The notes below the pieces were generated by a model. That model saw nothing but the letters and a program-made list of their open reading frames with translations. It was not told where the DNA came from and made no database searches. Of a stretch of DNA of 64,000 nt, positions 40,836 through 50,510 are shown piece after piece. Location of the stretch: NCBI GenBank assembly GCA_013285655.1, contig JABDHI010000002.1, positions 9,117-73,116 of the forward strand, written 5' to 3'. Both the position numbers and the translations under genes were made by a program. Positions within the stretch are counted from its first letter, which is position 1; every line of letters begins with the position of its first letter. Source of the DNA: Bacteroidota bacterium (GTDB lineage: Bacteria > Bacteroidota > Bacteroidia > JABEUT01).

Positions 40836-41708
40836 TTAGTGTTGCTTAACTATTATAACTAAGTATTTCGATTGGCTCCAAAATGCTTTAGGGTCAGTAA
40901 TAACTAATGAATCAGCCTTATCGCTTCCTCCAATAGTATATGAACCACTAGGGTGCAAAGTAACCATCTGCACAAATTTACTGTAAAGTTGTAAGCTATG
41001 CAAAGTGCTTCCGTTAGCTTTTGTGAAGTATGCAGTGTTGAAATCTTTCTTCAACTGTTCTGCTCCACCAAGGCCTACTACAGCACCTTCTTTCTGAATA
41101 ATACCATTCTTTTTCAGCTCCTTAGCAGTACCAATAGCGTAGTAAATGGTGTTCATTTCGGTGGTCATGTCGTTTATCTCTTCCTTCTGCTGGCTGATAA
41201 CCTTCATGCTATCATTAAACTTATTGATCACATCCTTTAATGAAGCGTTCGATTCTGCTAACTGGCTTTGTAATGCAGCAATTTCAGCATCTTTAGCAGT
41301 TATTTCTTCATTCAAACGGGCAACCATCTTTTGTAACTCAGCATTGTTACCGTTCACTTTTTTAAGTTTCCATTGCAAACGGGCAAGTTCCTTCTTGTTC
41401 TTCATCATTAGCTCGCCAATAGCGCGCATATCTGCAATGATCTGATCCTTTTGGCTAAGGCCTTCGCCGGTATTAGCTTCTGAAAGTATCTTGGCTTTTG
41501 CCTTAATAGAATCAAGGTTATCCTGTATATCGTTATATGACTTAACGTAAGCCATTATAGATGAATCCTGAGCGTGGTTCTTAATGCTCAACACAGAATC
41601 CTGGTAGCTCAGGTCCTTAATTTTTTCTTTATCATCGTTTTTACATCCTGTAAAGAGTAAAATACCTGCTATAACGACTATACCTATAGTTCTCATGTTA
41701 TTTTTCAT
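40836..41708 (-). CDS. Coiled-coil lipoprotein, unknown function
   Basis: Start moved to MKNNMRTIGIVVIAGILLFTGC (lipobox). The track's start at 41798 would overlap the divergent gene. Confidence 0.6.
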   Translation of the reverse strand: MKNNMRTIGIVVIAGILLFTGCKNDDKEKIKDLSYQDSVLSIKNHAQDSSIMAYVKSYNDIQDNLDSIKAKAKILSEANTGEGLSQKDQIIADMRAIGELMMKNKKELARLQWKLKKVNGNNAELQKMVARLNEEITAKDAEIAALQSQLAESNASLKDVINKFNDSMKVISQQKEEINDMTTEMNTIYYAIGTAKELKKNGIIQKEGAVVGLGGAEQLKKDFNTAYFTKANGSTLHSLQLYSKFVQMVTLHPSGSYTIGGSDKADSLVITDPKAFWSQSKYLVIIVKQH

Positions 41709-41725
41709 AGTTTTATAAAATCTTG

Positions 41726-41733
41726 CAAATATA
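41726..41733 (-). promoter_or_regulatory. Candidate -7 box TATATTTG for the lipoprotein gene
   Basis: Plus strand reads CAAATATA, 18 nt upstream of the ATG at 41708, inside a 34-bp divergent spacer. Confidence 0.3.
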
Positions 41734-41742
41734 AGTTTTTTT

Positions 41743-43002
41743 ATGCGCCGAAGGTCACCTATAACGTTTTTGATAGTCCCGCTGTTCATCATTTTCATAG
41801 AAAGTGCTGCTTATTTTGGCTGGAGCCATTTGCTTGCAAATTCAGGGCATACTACCTTACTGACCTACTTTAAGGCATTTTACATTACCGAAGTAGTTGC
41901 AATTGCAGCAGTATTCTTTATGGTAATGGGCTCGTTTACTAAGAGGCTAAATGTACGCCGCACCTATTATGGCTTTCAGGGAGCAGGTATTATAATGACG
42001 GATATTTTACCTAAAATGTTCTTTTCTGTTTTCGTGTTACTTTATTTTATTATTCAAAGTGCATATATTGGGCTTAACCATTTATTCGTACACAGCAGCC
42101 ATATTCGGTTAGGTATGGACTGGATACTTATAATCGGAACTATATTTTCTTTCACCCTGTTTATATTTATTGTGCGCGGCATTTTGGTAGGGCGATTCGA
42201 CTTTAAGGTACTGCACGAGACTATAGAATTCGATAACTTACCTAAAGCATTTGATGGCTTACGTGCGGTGCAAATATCAGATATGCATATTGGCAGTTTT
42301 TATAGTCATAAAGACCAGATAGAAAAGGCTGTTGATATGATAAACAACCTTAAGCCTGATATGATATTCTTTACGGGCGACATGGTAAACAATGTTGCCG
42401 AGGAGTTTAAAGGGTTCGAACATATTTTTCAGAAACTAAAGGCACCATTGGGTAAGTTTTCAATTTTGGGCAACCACGATTATGGAGATTATGTAAAGTG
42501 GGAAAGTAAAGAGGCAAAAGAAGCAAACCTGAATACTCTGGTTGCATTAGAACAAAAGGCAGGGTTTGATATGCTATTGAATGAAAACAGAATAATTGAA
42601 AGGGATGGCCAACAAATTGCAATAGTTGGAGTAGAGAATTGGGGCGCACCACCATTTGCACAATATGGCCAATTACCCTTAGCTATTAAAGGCACCGAGA
42701 ATGTGCCATTCCGAATTCTATTATCGCACGATCCATCGCATTGGGACATTGAGGTAGCCGAAAAAACCAACATACAGCTCACACTTGCCGGTCATACACA
42801 TGGCATGCAATTCGGCATACGTATTGGTGAGTGGCAATGGAGCCCAGTACAATGGCGTTACGAACGCTGGCATGGGCTATATACACACAATAAAAATCAA
42901 CATCTATATGTTAACCGTGGCCTTGGTCATTTAGGCTTCCCTGGCCGTGTTGGTATGTTACCAGAAATAACAGTGATTGAGTTTAAGAGAAGCCAATCTT
43001 AA
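41743..43002 (+). CDS. Membrane-anchored metallophosphoesterase (YkuE-like)
   Basis: N-terminal TM helices; SDMHIG...GDMVNN...GNHDYG...GHTHG motifs. Confidence 0.85.
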   Translation: MRRRSPITFLIVPLFIIFIESAAYFGWSHLLANSGHTTLLTYFKAFYITEVVAIAAVFFMVMGSFTKRLNVRRTYYGFQGAGIIMTDILPKMFFSVFVLLYFIIQSAYIGLNHLFVHSSHIRLGMDWILIIGTIFSFTLFIFIVRGILVGRFDFKVLHETIEFDNLPKAFDGLRAVQISDMHIGSFYSHKDQIEKAVDMINNLKPDMIFFTGDMVNNVAEEFKGFEHIFQKLKAPLGKFSILGNHDYGDYVKWESKEAKEANLNTLVALEQKAGFDMLLNENRIIERDGQQIAIVGVENWGAPPFAQYGQLPLAIKGTENVPFRILLSHDPSHWDIEVAEKTNIQLTLAGHTHGMQFGIRIGEWQWSPVQWRYERWHGLYTHNKNQHLYVNRGLGHLGFPGRVGMLPEITVIEFKRSQS

Positions 43003-43033
43003 TACGTTAAAAGCAAAACTGTAAGTTTGCCTA

Positions 43034-43207
43034 ATGAAAATAGGCACACTCTTATTAATGCTAGCAGCATTAATATTGATTATAAAGCAAAGAGGCACAA
43101 ATACCTCAATGATAATTCGAATTATTCTTTGGGGATTATTGCTTGTTGTTATTGGAGTTAGCCTGATTTATTTAGGCCAATTAATTTGGAGTAACAAAAG
43201 CTATTAA
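43034..43207 (+). CDS. 57-aa two-TM mini-protein (paralog of the next ORF)
   Basis: Not in the ORF track. Hand translation: MKIGTLLLMLAALILIIKQRGTNTSMIIRIILWGLLLVVIGVSLIYLGQLIWSNKSY. Confidence 0.45.
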   Translation: MKIGTLLLMLAALILIIKQRGTNTSMIIRIILWGLLLVVIGVSLIYLGQLIWSNKSY

Positions 43208-43216
43208 ATACCTATT

Positions 43217-43414
43217 ATGAATTATAAGCTCTTAGTTTTAGGCCTTGGTGTTATATGCTTTGGTGTATATATCATATACGACGATTACAAGAACTGGGCA
43301 CTAATGAAAAACAATAGAGCTAAAGTTTACAAAAGCATTTTCTTTGGCCTTGCACTTATTGCAGTTGGTGTATTTGTAATTTATAAAGGGATAATAGGGC
43401 AAAACGTTCTCTAA
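43217..43414 (+). CDS. 65-aa two-TM mini-protein
   Basis: Two hydrophobic helices. The second helix, FFGLALIAVGVFVIYKGII, resembles that of the preceding ORF. Confidence 0.5.
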   Translation: MNYKLLVLGLGVICFGVYIIYDDYKNWALMKNNRAKVYKSIFFGLALIAVGVFVIYKGIIGQNVL

Positions 43415-43998
43415 AATATCTTTCCTATTGTTCGGAATATTATCTTGATATCAGTTGTCAGGCCCATTTCAGAAATGTATTTTAGGTTAAGCTTAAGCTT
43501 AGCGGGCATTATGGTATTTATGTATTCTTCTTCAGGATTAGTTGCTTTTGATAATATTTCATTTTCATTGGCATATTCAATAGATGCATAATCGGTAATA
43601 CCTGGCCTTACATTCAGTACTTTTTTTTGCTCATCATTATACATTGCCACGTATTTTGGAACTTCGGGTCGTGGGCCTACTATGCTCATATCCCCTATCA
43701 ATACATTTAGCAACTGTGGCAGTTCATCTAATTTATACTTGCGTAAGTAATATCCCATTCGGGTTATGCGGCTATCTTTCATACCTACAGTGAGTAACCC
43801 TTTTTTATCAGAATTGCTATACATAGTGCGGAACTTAAAGAGCTTGAATTCCTTCATGCCTTTACCTACCCTAACCTGCTTGTAGAATATTCCACCACGA
43901 GAATCGAGAAGGACTAAAATTGAAATGAGAATTAAAAACGGAGACAGTATTACAATACCAATAAGCGAAGCTAGTATATCAAACAGGCGTTTTACCAT
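43411..43998 (-). CDS. Undecaprenyl-phosphate sugar phosphotransferase (small PglC/WbaP-C-type)
   Basis: KRLFDI...DELPQLLNVL.GDMSIVGPRPE. Confidence 0.88.
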   Translation of the reverse strand: MVKRLFDILASLIGIVILSPFLILISILVLLDSRGGIFYKQVRVGKGMKEFKLFKFRTMYSNSDKKGLLTVGMKDSRITRMGYYLRKYKLDELPQLLNVLIGDMSIVGPRPEVPKYVAMYNDEQKKVLNVRPGITDYASIEYANENEILSKATNPEEEYINTIMPAKLKLNLKYISEMGLTTDIKIIFRTIGKIF

Positions 43999-45203
43999 TA
44001 AATTACTTCAAGTACAGATTTTACTACTGCATCAATAACAATTTGAATCTGTTCATCCGTCAGGTCGTAGAATATGGGCAATGATATTTCGCGTGAATAA
44101 TTATCGTATGCAACAGGATAGTCTTTTATATTGTATCCAGAGTTCTTATAAAAACTAAGCATTGCCAATGGAATAAAATGCACGTTTACTGATACATCTT
44201 TATCAAATATCTTTTGAATGATGGCATCACGTTTAACTTCATCAATACCTTTTATACGTAATGGAAACAAATGATACGATGACTCCTTATCAACATCTTT
44301 AAACGTAGGTAATATGGCCCAGTCATACTTAGTAAGTGCTTTATGATAAGCCTCAACAATTGCTTTACGGCGCTTCAAGGTATCATTATCATACCGTTCC
44401 AGTTCAATCATACCTATAACCGCCATTATATCGGTCATATTGCATTTATAACCCGGCTCAATAATATCGTACTTCCAATTACCTTTTTGGGTCTTTGCTA
44501 AAGCGTCTTTATTCTGTCCGTGCAATGATTTAACGCAAAGACTCTTATATATATCATCGTTATTAAACGGCGCTGGCAAATTAAACGCCATTGCACCGCC
44601 TTCTGCTGTGGTTAGATTCTTTACTGCATGAAATGAGAACACTGAGATATCAGTTAATGCTCCCGTACGTTTACCTTTATAGGTCGCGCCAAATGAATGC
44701 GCAGCATCTGATAATACAAGTATACGCCCCAATTGCTTTTGGATATCGTTACTAGCCACAAATTTTGCCTTAGCAGCTTGTACAAGTTTCATTATGGCAT
44801 CATAGTCGCTTGGTAAACCGCCAAAATCTACCGGCATTATCACCTTGGTCCTGGTGGTTATCTTCTTTTCAATCTCCGCAAGCGAAATATTAAAATCATC
44901 TTTATTTACATCTGCTAAAACAGGTGTAGCCCCACAATGCATAACCACATTGGCTGTTGCAGCATACGTGTAGGCAGGTAAAATAACCTCATCTCCTTGG
45001 CCTACTCCATACCAGCGGAGGGCAAGCTCTAAGCCCGCGGTTGCAGAATTAAGACAAAGCACTGAACCTACCCCGCAATACTCAGCAATTTTCTTTTCAA
45101 ATGATTTGGTCTTGGGTCCTGTTGTTATCCAACCTGAACGCAACACTTCAGCAACAGCATCCACTATTTTATCATCTATACGCGGAGGAGAAAAACTAAT
45201 CAT
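43998..45203 (-). CDS. DegT/DnrJ/EryC1/StrS-family sugar aminotransferase
   Basis: DAAHSFG...SFHAVKNLTTAEGG (PLP lysine). Confidence 0.88.
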   Translation of the reverse strand: MISFSPPRIDDKIVDAVAEVLRSGWITTGPKTKSFEKKIAEYCGVGSVLCLNSATAGLELALRWYGVGQGDEVILPAYTYAATANVVMHCGATPVLADVNKDDFNISLAEIEKKITTRTKVIMPVDFGGLPSDYDAIMKLVQAAKAKFVASNDIQKQLGRILVLSDAAHSFGATYKGKRTGALTDISVFSFHAVKNLTTAEGGAMAFNLPAPFNNDDIYKSLCVKSLHGQNKDALAKTQKGNWKYDIIEPGYKCNMTDIMAVIGMIELERYDNDTLKRRKAIVEAYHKALTKYDWAILPTFKDVDKESSYHLFPLRIKGIDEVKRDAIIQKIFDKDVSVNVHFIPLAMLSFYKNSGYNIKDYPVAYDNYSREISLPIFYDLTDEQIQIVIDAVVKSVLEVI

Positions 45204-45212
45204 ACTATTATT

Positions 45213-46415
45213 TTATATCACGAAATTAAACATAAGCAACGAATTAAACAGGCCGAAGAATATTGTGCCGCTTTGAAGCTCAAACATCGCTTCAACCAAA
45301 AAATTTAAAGCTACTATTACTAAAAATGTACCGTATACGAATCTCCGTTCTTTTACAGCTGTAATAAAAGAGAAAAGGAAGCCGGCAAGAAGAAGCAACA
45401 AACCAACAATACCCGTAGATACTGTTGTTTGAATATACTGATCGTGTGCATTTAATTTTTCTTTGGCCGCCCCTGTGTATCCATCTTTCTCATATTGGTC
45501 AACTAAAACAGGCGACTCATTACCAACACCAACACCAAAAACAGGAGCTCTTTTTATTACTTCCATCGCGGCGGTCCACACGTAGTACCTAACCTGCGTT
45601 GATTCGGTCGAGCTTGCGCTTATCTTATTGGAGGTAATGACTTCTGCCGCACCTGCCACTCTCGAATTCTGGCCGATTAAAAAGTGGAACGTAACAAAAT
45701 ACACTACAAGCCCTACAGCTAAAAGTCCCATAACAGTTTTATACCCTCGCTTTAATGCATACCTGGTAAGCAACACTACAATTAATGCCGCAGAGATAAA
45801 CATCCCCATTTTTGATTGAAGCAATACAAGAATAAACAAGAGAAAGAACGTGGCCCCTAATAAAAATATCCGCTCACTTTTATTTAAAACGACAGTACTA
45901 TTCGTAAATAAATAAAACACTAATAGCATTACCACGTCAATATACATAGAGTAATAACTCGGATGCAACAGTATAGAGAATTGTATGTATTGGAACACAA
46001 ATACATTATTTACTGCCAGGTTCCATATAGCATAGCCAATGCAAATAAGCCCATTTACCACACACCCGGCAATAAATGTATAAATGAACATTTTCTGTTC
46101 TTTAATATTCTTCACACCTTCTGACACCAATAATAATGGAAACAAGAAAAGGCTTAGCTTAACCTGCATAATGTGCCAGCCCATATCATAATCACCTGAA
46201 AACAGATACCTAATAAGATATAACAGATAAAAGCCTGAAAACAACCAAACAAATTTATTCTGCTTTATGGCTCTTCCCTTACACACTAAATCACCTTCAA
46301 TAAGCCAGCAAATAAGATAACCGATAATAGGCCAGGCAGCCATATAAGGGTAAATGCACATTATAAATGGCACCAGGCAAAGCAAGCCGTATTTAATTTT
46401 ACTTACTAATGCCAT
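45213..46415 (-). CDS. O-antigen ligase/polymerase-like (Wzy_C) membrane protein
   Basis: More than 10 TM segments with a periplasmic loop, RYYVWTAAMEVIKRAPVFGVGVGN. Confidence 0.7.
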   Translation of the reverse strand: MALVSKIKYGLLCLVPFIMCIYPYMAAWPIIGYLICWLIEGDLVCKGRAIKQNKFVWLFSGFYLLYLIRYLFSGDYDMGWHIMQVKLSLFLFPLLLVSEGVKNIKEQKMFIYTFIAGCVVNGLICIGYAIWNLAVNNVFVFQYIQFSILLHPSYYSMYIDVVMLLVFYLFTNSTVVLNKSERIFLLGATFFLLFILVLLQSKMGMFISAALIVVLLTRYALKRGYKTVMGLLAVGLVVYFVTFHFLIGQNSRVAGAAEVITSNKISASSTESTQVRYYVWTAAMEVIKRAPVFGVGVGNESPVLVDQYEKDGYTGAAKEKLNAHDQYIQTTVSTGIVGLLLLLAGFLFSFITAVKERRFVYGTFLVIVALNFLVEAMFELQSGTIFFGLFNSLLMFNFVI

Positions 46416-47634
46416 TATTAAAATCTATAAGTACTTTATAAAAATCAGCGGCAATAGTATCGCGGTTAAATTTAACACTTACATACTTACGTCCATTTAC
46501 ACCCATTGCCCATCTCTCAGTTTTGTTGTTCATTAAATATATGGCTTTATTAGCCAAGTCAACTCCATCATCGGGTATAAATGCAAGGCCTGCCTTACCT
46601 TCATCAATAAACAATTCTTTCGCTTCGCCCTCAACACCTAGTAACAAGGCCTTTCTCATGGCAACCGATTCGAAAATTTTTGAGGGGATTGCACCTTTAA
46701 ACAGATCAATGCGACGTAAAGGCACTAATGAAACATCTACCGATTTCCACACATCAGGCATTTTGCTTTTTGGCAAAGGCTCAAAGAAGAAAACGTTATC
46801 TAACTTCATTTGCTCCTTCATGTTAAGCAACTTTTCTTTTTCGGGCCCACTTCCCAACAATACCCATTTTATGGGTTGGTCTTTGGTATTTTCAGCCGCT
46901 TTTAAAACCACCTCCAAGCCTTGTGCATGGCCTATTATTCCGGCGTATAGAACAAGAAAATCATCAGAACCAAATCCATTCTCCTTTCTCCATTCACTTA
47001 CAATATCTTCTTCTTTATAAAAACCCATATCAACCCCGTTAGGCAGCCAATAAACAAACTTATCGGGAAAGCGATCCTTTATATTCTTCACAATTCCCTG
47101 GGTTTGTCCGGTTACAAAAGCTGAGCTAGCGTATAAATGCTCCTCCAATTTTTTAGTAGTAGATAACAGGAACTTATTATTTATCAAGCCTAACTTCTCA
47201 GCTGTTTCGGGCCAAAGATCTGACACATTAAAAATAAGCTTGGCATGTTTAGCACGCTTTAGTACCAGTACCGATAACCCTAAGAATAATGGTGGAGATT
47301 CACACAGCAAATAATCAGTTTTGCCGAGTTTAAATAGACCAATCCACATTGAAGAGAAAACAAAAGAAAAATAGTTCATCAAGCGAGACACAATTCCTTT
47401 GCTCTTACTCACCCAAATCCATGCACGATGAACAGTCATATCGTTCATCTTTTCTTTTACATACCATTTGCCTTTATACCCCTCATGTATCTCCATCTGA
47501 GGATAATTAGGCATAGCCGTAAGAATTTCAATATCAACTCCACGTTGCTTTAGTCTAACAGCAATTTCATAAAGGCGATTTTGCGGTGCCCCTACTTCGG
47601 GTGGAAAATATTGCGTAAGTATTATTAACTTCAT
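46399..47634 (-). CDS. Glycosyltransferase family 4 (WbuB-like)
   Basis: MKLIILTQYFPPEVGAPQNR; C-terminal E-x7-E region. Confidence 0.85.
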   Translation of the reverse strand: MKLIILTQYFPPEVGAPQNRLYEIAVRLKQRGVDIEILTAMPNYPQMEIHEGYKGKWYVKEKMNDMTVHRAWIWVSKSKGIVSRLMNYFSFVFSSMWIGLFKLGKTDYLLCESPPLFLGLSVLVLKRAKHAKLIFNVSDLWPETAEKLGLINNKFLLSTTKKLEEHLYASSAFVTGQTQGIVKNIKDRFPDKFVYWLPNGVDMGFYKEEDIVSEWRKENGFGSDDFLVLYAGIIGHAQGLEVVLKAAENTKDQPIKWVLLGSGPEKEKLLNMKEQMKLDNVFFFEPLPKSKMPDVWKSVDVSLVPLRRIDLFKGAIPSKIFESVAMRKALLLGVEGEAKELFIDEGKAGLAFIPDDGVDLANKAIYLMNNKTERWAMGVNGRKYVSVKFNRDTIAADFYKVLIDFNNGISK

Positions 47635-48743
47635 TCCTGGTGGTTCAGAACAGAATTATATATTTTGACAATGTCATTAATATTCGAAGACCAATTATAA
47701 AAACGCTCTACTCTTTCTCTTCCCTTTTCCCCCATTGCTTTAGCGTATTGCCTATCATTGATAAGCTTTTCAATAGCACTCGCAGCAACACGTGCATTTT
47801 TTACCGGGACAATTATACCCGTCACCCCATTCTCAACAATTTCAGCAAACCCACTAACATTTGAAACTACAACAGGTTTGGCACAAGCCGATGCTTCGAG
47901 AACCGAAACGCCAAAACTTTCACTTTCTGATAACGCTACGTACACATCTATCATGTTATGATAGATAGGGACTTGGTCATAATTCACCCACCCGGTAAAT
48001 TTCACGTCTTCTCCTAGCCCATATATTTTGCATAGCTGTTTTAATTCAGCTTCCTGTGAGCCTGTGCCAACTATAAGCAACTTTAATGGAAGCCCGGAAT
48101 GTTTCTTATGCAAAATATCAAATGCCTCAATTAAATATTTAATGCCATATACAGGCTCCAGGGCCTTAACTGTACCAATTACAATATCGTTTTCGTCAAA
48201 AACCGATTTTACTTCTTGGGGTTTAAATATATTAATATCAATACCAAAGGGAGTAACGTCAACATTTGCCTTACTATATTTTGCAGTTTCCACAGCCATG
48301 GAATGGCTGGTAGATAATATACGGTCAGCCTTCTTCAAATTTCTCTTAACCAAATATTTATGAAGAAATGACTTCTTAGGAAATTCATAAATATCGCTTC
48401 CCCAAACTGAAAGAACAAAAGGATGAAAACCGGAAAGCGCACCCAGCATACCATAACTGGTAGCATAATGAGCATGAAGAACATCAGGCTTAAAGGTTTT
48501 TATAGCTCTTTTAAGCGCAGGTAATGCTTTTATATAACTAAGTTTCCCCGGGTCTTTCCTATACGCAATATCTGTAATACTGCTATCTGATAAACACTCA
48601 ATGCTTGCATAATCCTTGAACCAGTTTGTATTTAACTTACTCAAACTATAAAGACCTACATTAAACCCTTCATTTGCAATTGCCAAAGCCCATTTTCGTG
48701 TATGCGTAGAATTTACATCCGCTAGCAAAAGAACCTTCTTCAT
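47631..48743 (-). CDS. Glycosyltransferase family 4
   Basis: GT-B pattern; ESFGVSVLEASACAKPVV. Confidence 0.85.
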   Translation of the reverse strand: MKKVLLLADVNSTHTRKWALAIANEGFNVGLYSLSKLNTNWFKDYASIECLSDSSITDIAYRKDPGKLSYIKALPALKRAIKTFKPDVLHAHYATSYGMLGALSGFHPFVLSVWGSDIYEFPKKSFLHKYLVKRNLKKADRILSTSHSMAVETAKYSKANVDVTPFGIDINIFKPQEVKSVFDENDIVIGTVKALEPVYGIKYLIEAFDILHKKHSGLPLKLLIVGTGSQEAELKQLCKIYGLGEDVKFTGWVNYDQVPIYHNMIDVYVALSESESFGVSVLEASACAKPVVVSNVSGFAEIVENGVTGIIVPVKNARVAASAIEKLINDRQYAKAMGEKGRERVERFYNWSSNINDIVKIYNSVLNHQE

Positions 48744-48788
48744 ATCTTATATAAAACTAAATTAACAAAAAGCATTAACCACCAGTCA

Positions 48789-49502
48789 TTATTCATATAC
48801 TTTCCAATCAATATTATTTTCTTTGGAAAGCTTTATCAGTTCTTTAAAGTCATTAGCTACGACCCTTGACCTCTCATAATTGCAAGGATGTATCAAAACG
48901 GGCACATCTTTATTCTTTGCTATTTTTAATAATTGATCAAAACCCGAAAAGCTATTATCTCTATACTCTCTTTCAATCCAAAACATATTAGGATAGAAAT
49001 CATTTTTCGGTATTAAATCATCTATTGATTTACAAATCCCATTACCAAAATAAAACCTTGTATTTAATTCCATTGCCCAATCTTTATACTTCTCAGGTTC
49101 ATAAGGTGCATAATGTTGTTTCCCTAGCTTTAATGTACCTGAACCATGTTTGCTAAACGAACTTACCTTTTCCGGACTAACTACTTCTTCGAAATCATTC
49201 CATTCAGCCGAGAACGTTTCCAAGCTTCTGGTGTTTTCAGCATGAAACCCAATTCTGTGTCCGCCTTTCTTTACTAATTCAACTATCTTTTCATCAGGAA
49301 CGGTGCACATTCTAAAATATATGTGACCGGCTATATTCTCTTTATTACAAAGACCCAGGAATTCGGCCAAATGAATCAGATATCTTGTTTTATATATTCT
49401 ATCAGGGAACCAATAATCTTCTGATAACTTACTGGCAATACTTCTTGTCAGGCTAGCATTCCCGTATGGCTTATCTACATCTACCCTTAAAATCAAAGAC
49501 AT
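48789..49502 (-). CDS. Hypothetical; possibly a polysaccharide-deacetylase-like (CE4-like) enzyme
   Basis: Weak resemblance only: RVDVD, GFHAENT and LIHPCNY could be metal-binding motifs. Confidence 0.35.
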   Translation of the reverse strand: MSLILRVDVDKPYGNASLTRSIASKLSEDYWFPDRIYKTRYLIHLAEFLGLCNKENIAGHIYFRMCTVPDEKIVELVKKGGHRIGFHAENTRSLETFSAEWNDFEEVVSPEKVSSFSKHGSGTLKLGKQHYAPYEPEKYKDWAMELNTRFYFGNGICKSIDDLIPKNDFYPNMFWIEREYRDNSFSGFDQLLKIAKNKDVPVLIHPCNYERSRVVANDFKELIKLSKENNIDWKVYE

Positions 49503-49514
49503 CCTTTGTAAGAT

Positions 49515-50504
49515 TTAATCAATATATAACCTAACGCCATAACGACGTAGATATGAAACAAAATCTATAAAAACTGATTTGTTTGATGTTTGCAGTATTC
49601 TTTTGTTGGTATGATCGATAACAGAAATGCCTTTACTTTTCAAGCCTTCCATTTCTTGGTGCGATATAGTTGTATTAACCAGAATTAACATATCGCCCTT
49701 ATTTAAATCTTTATTTTCATCAATAACCATCTTAAATGCATGAAGAAATAACTTATCTCCTTCAACTCTACTATTACTATCTGATTTAAAATTCAAATAC
49801 TTAGAATACCCTTCTAAAATTTGAATCATCCGCTTACATTTCTCATCAGGTGTTATTGCCCCAATCACATTTTCTTTTATAATTTTTGCAGGTGTACCTG
49901 CAATCAGAACATTTTCGGGAAAAGATTTATTCACCAGCGAATTAGCTCCAACAATTGTATTCTTTCCTAAAACCACATTCGGTAAAATGGTAACTCGGGT
50001 TGGTATCCATATATTATCACCTAACTCCACCGGGCCATACGATATTGGTGCACCATCCAAATAATCGGCCCAGCTTCCATGGGTATAAATTAAAGAATGT
50101 GCACCCACTCCGACTTGCTTTCTAATCTTTATACCCTCTCCTGTATCAAGCCAGCAGTATGGAAAAATACGACTATGGTCTCCAATTTCAATTACTGAAT
50201 TCTCAGTAAACTCGCTACTAATTATAGTTAAAGGAGCAATGTGTACATATTCACCAAATTTTACAACCCGGGTTGAGATAATAGAAAATGGCTTTATTAC
50301 ACTTTTACTTCCAATTTCTAAATGGTCTGCTTTTATGTAACAAAAGGGACCAATTGAACATTGTTCCCCCATATTTAATGATTTTACTTTTACTATACTA
50401 CCGAACCTAATGCGTGAGCCTTTACCAATATGCTGACCTAAGAGCCTTCTTATACGGACTTGCAAAAAAGATGGTAGAAGTCCTAACAGAAAAGCGCCAA
50501 TCAT
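49515..50504 (-). CDS. Hexapeptide-repeat (LbH) acyltransferase with an extra ~110-aa C-terminal region
   Basis: Repeated [LIV]G..x.I hexapeptides; VGANSLVNKSFPENVLIAGTPAKII. Confidence 0.7.
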   Translation of the reverse strand: MIGAFLLGLLPSFLQVRIRRLLGQHIGKGSRIRFGSIVKVKSLNMGEQCSIGPFCYIKADHLEIGSKSVIKPFSIISTRVVKFGEYVHIAPLTIISSEFTENSVIEIGDHSRIFPYCWLDTGEGIKIRKQVGVGAHSLIYTHGSWADYLDGAPISYGPVELGDNIWIPTRVTILPNVVLGKNTIVGANSLVNKSFPENVLIAGTPAKIIKENVIGAITPDEKCKRMIQILEGYSKYLNFKSDSNSRVEGDKLFLHAFKMVIDENKDLNKGDMLILVNTTISHQEMEGLKSKGISVIDHTNKRILQTSNKSVFIDFVSYLRRYGVRLYID

Positions 50505-50510
50505 TTTATA

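Noticed and set aside
41709-41798. 30-codon N-terminal extension of the coiled-coil lipoprotein.
   Set aside because: It would overlap the divergent metallophosphoesterase start. The internal Met gives a canonical signal peptide plus lipobox, and a TAnnTTTG box lies just upstream of it.
46523-47020. 165-aa plus-strand ORF; likewise 38062-38520 (-), 33554-33928 (-), 50872-51237 (+) and 48028-48363 (+).
   Set aside because: Each lies wholly antisense within a confidently identified gene (GT4, coaBC, TonB-dependent receptor, rny, GT4) and has no motifs.
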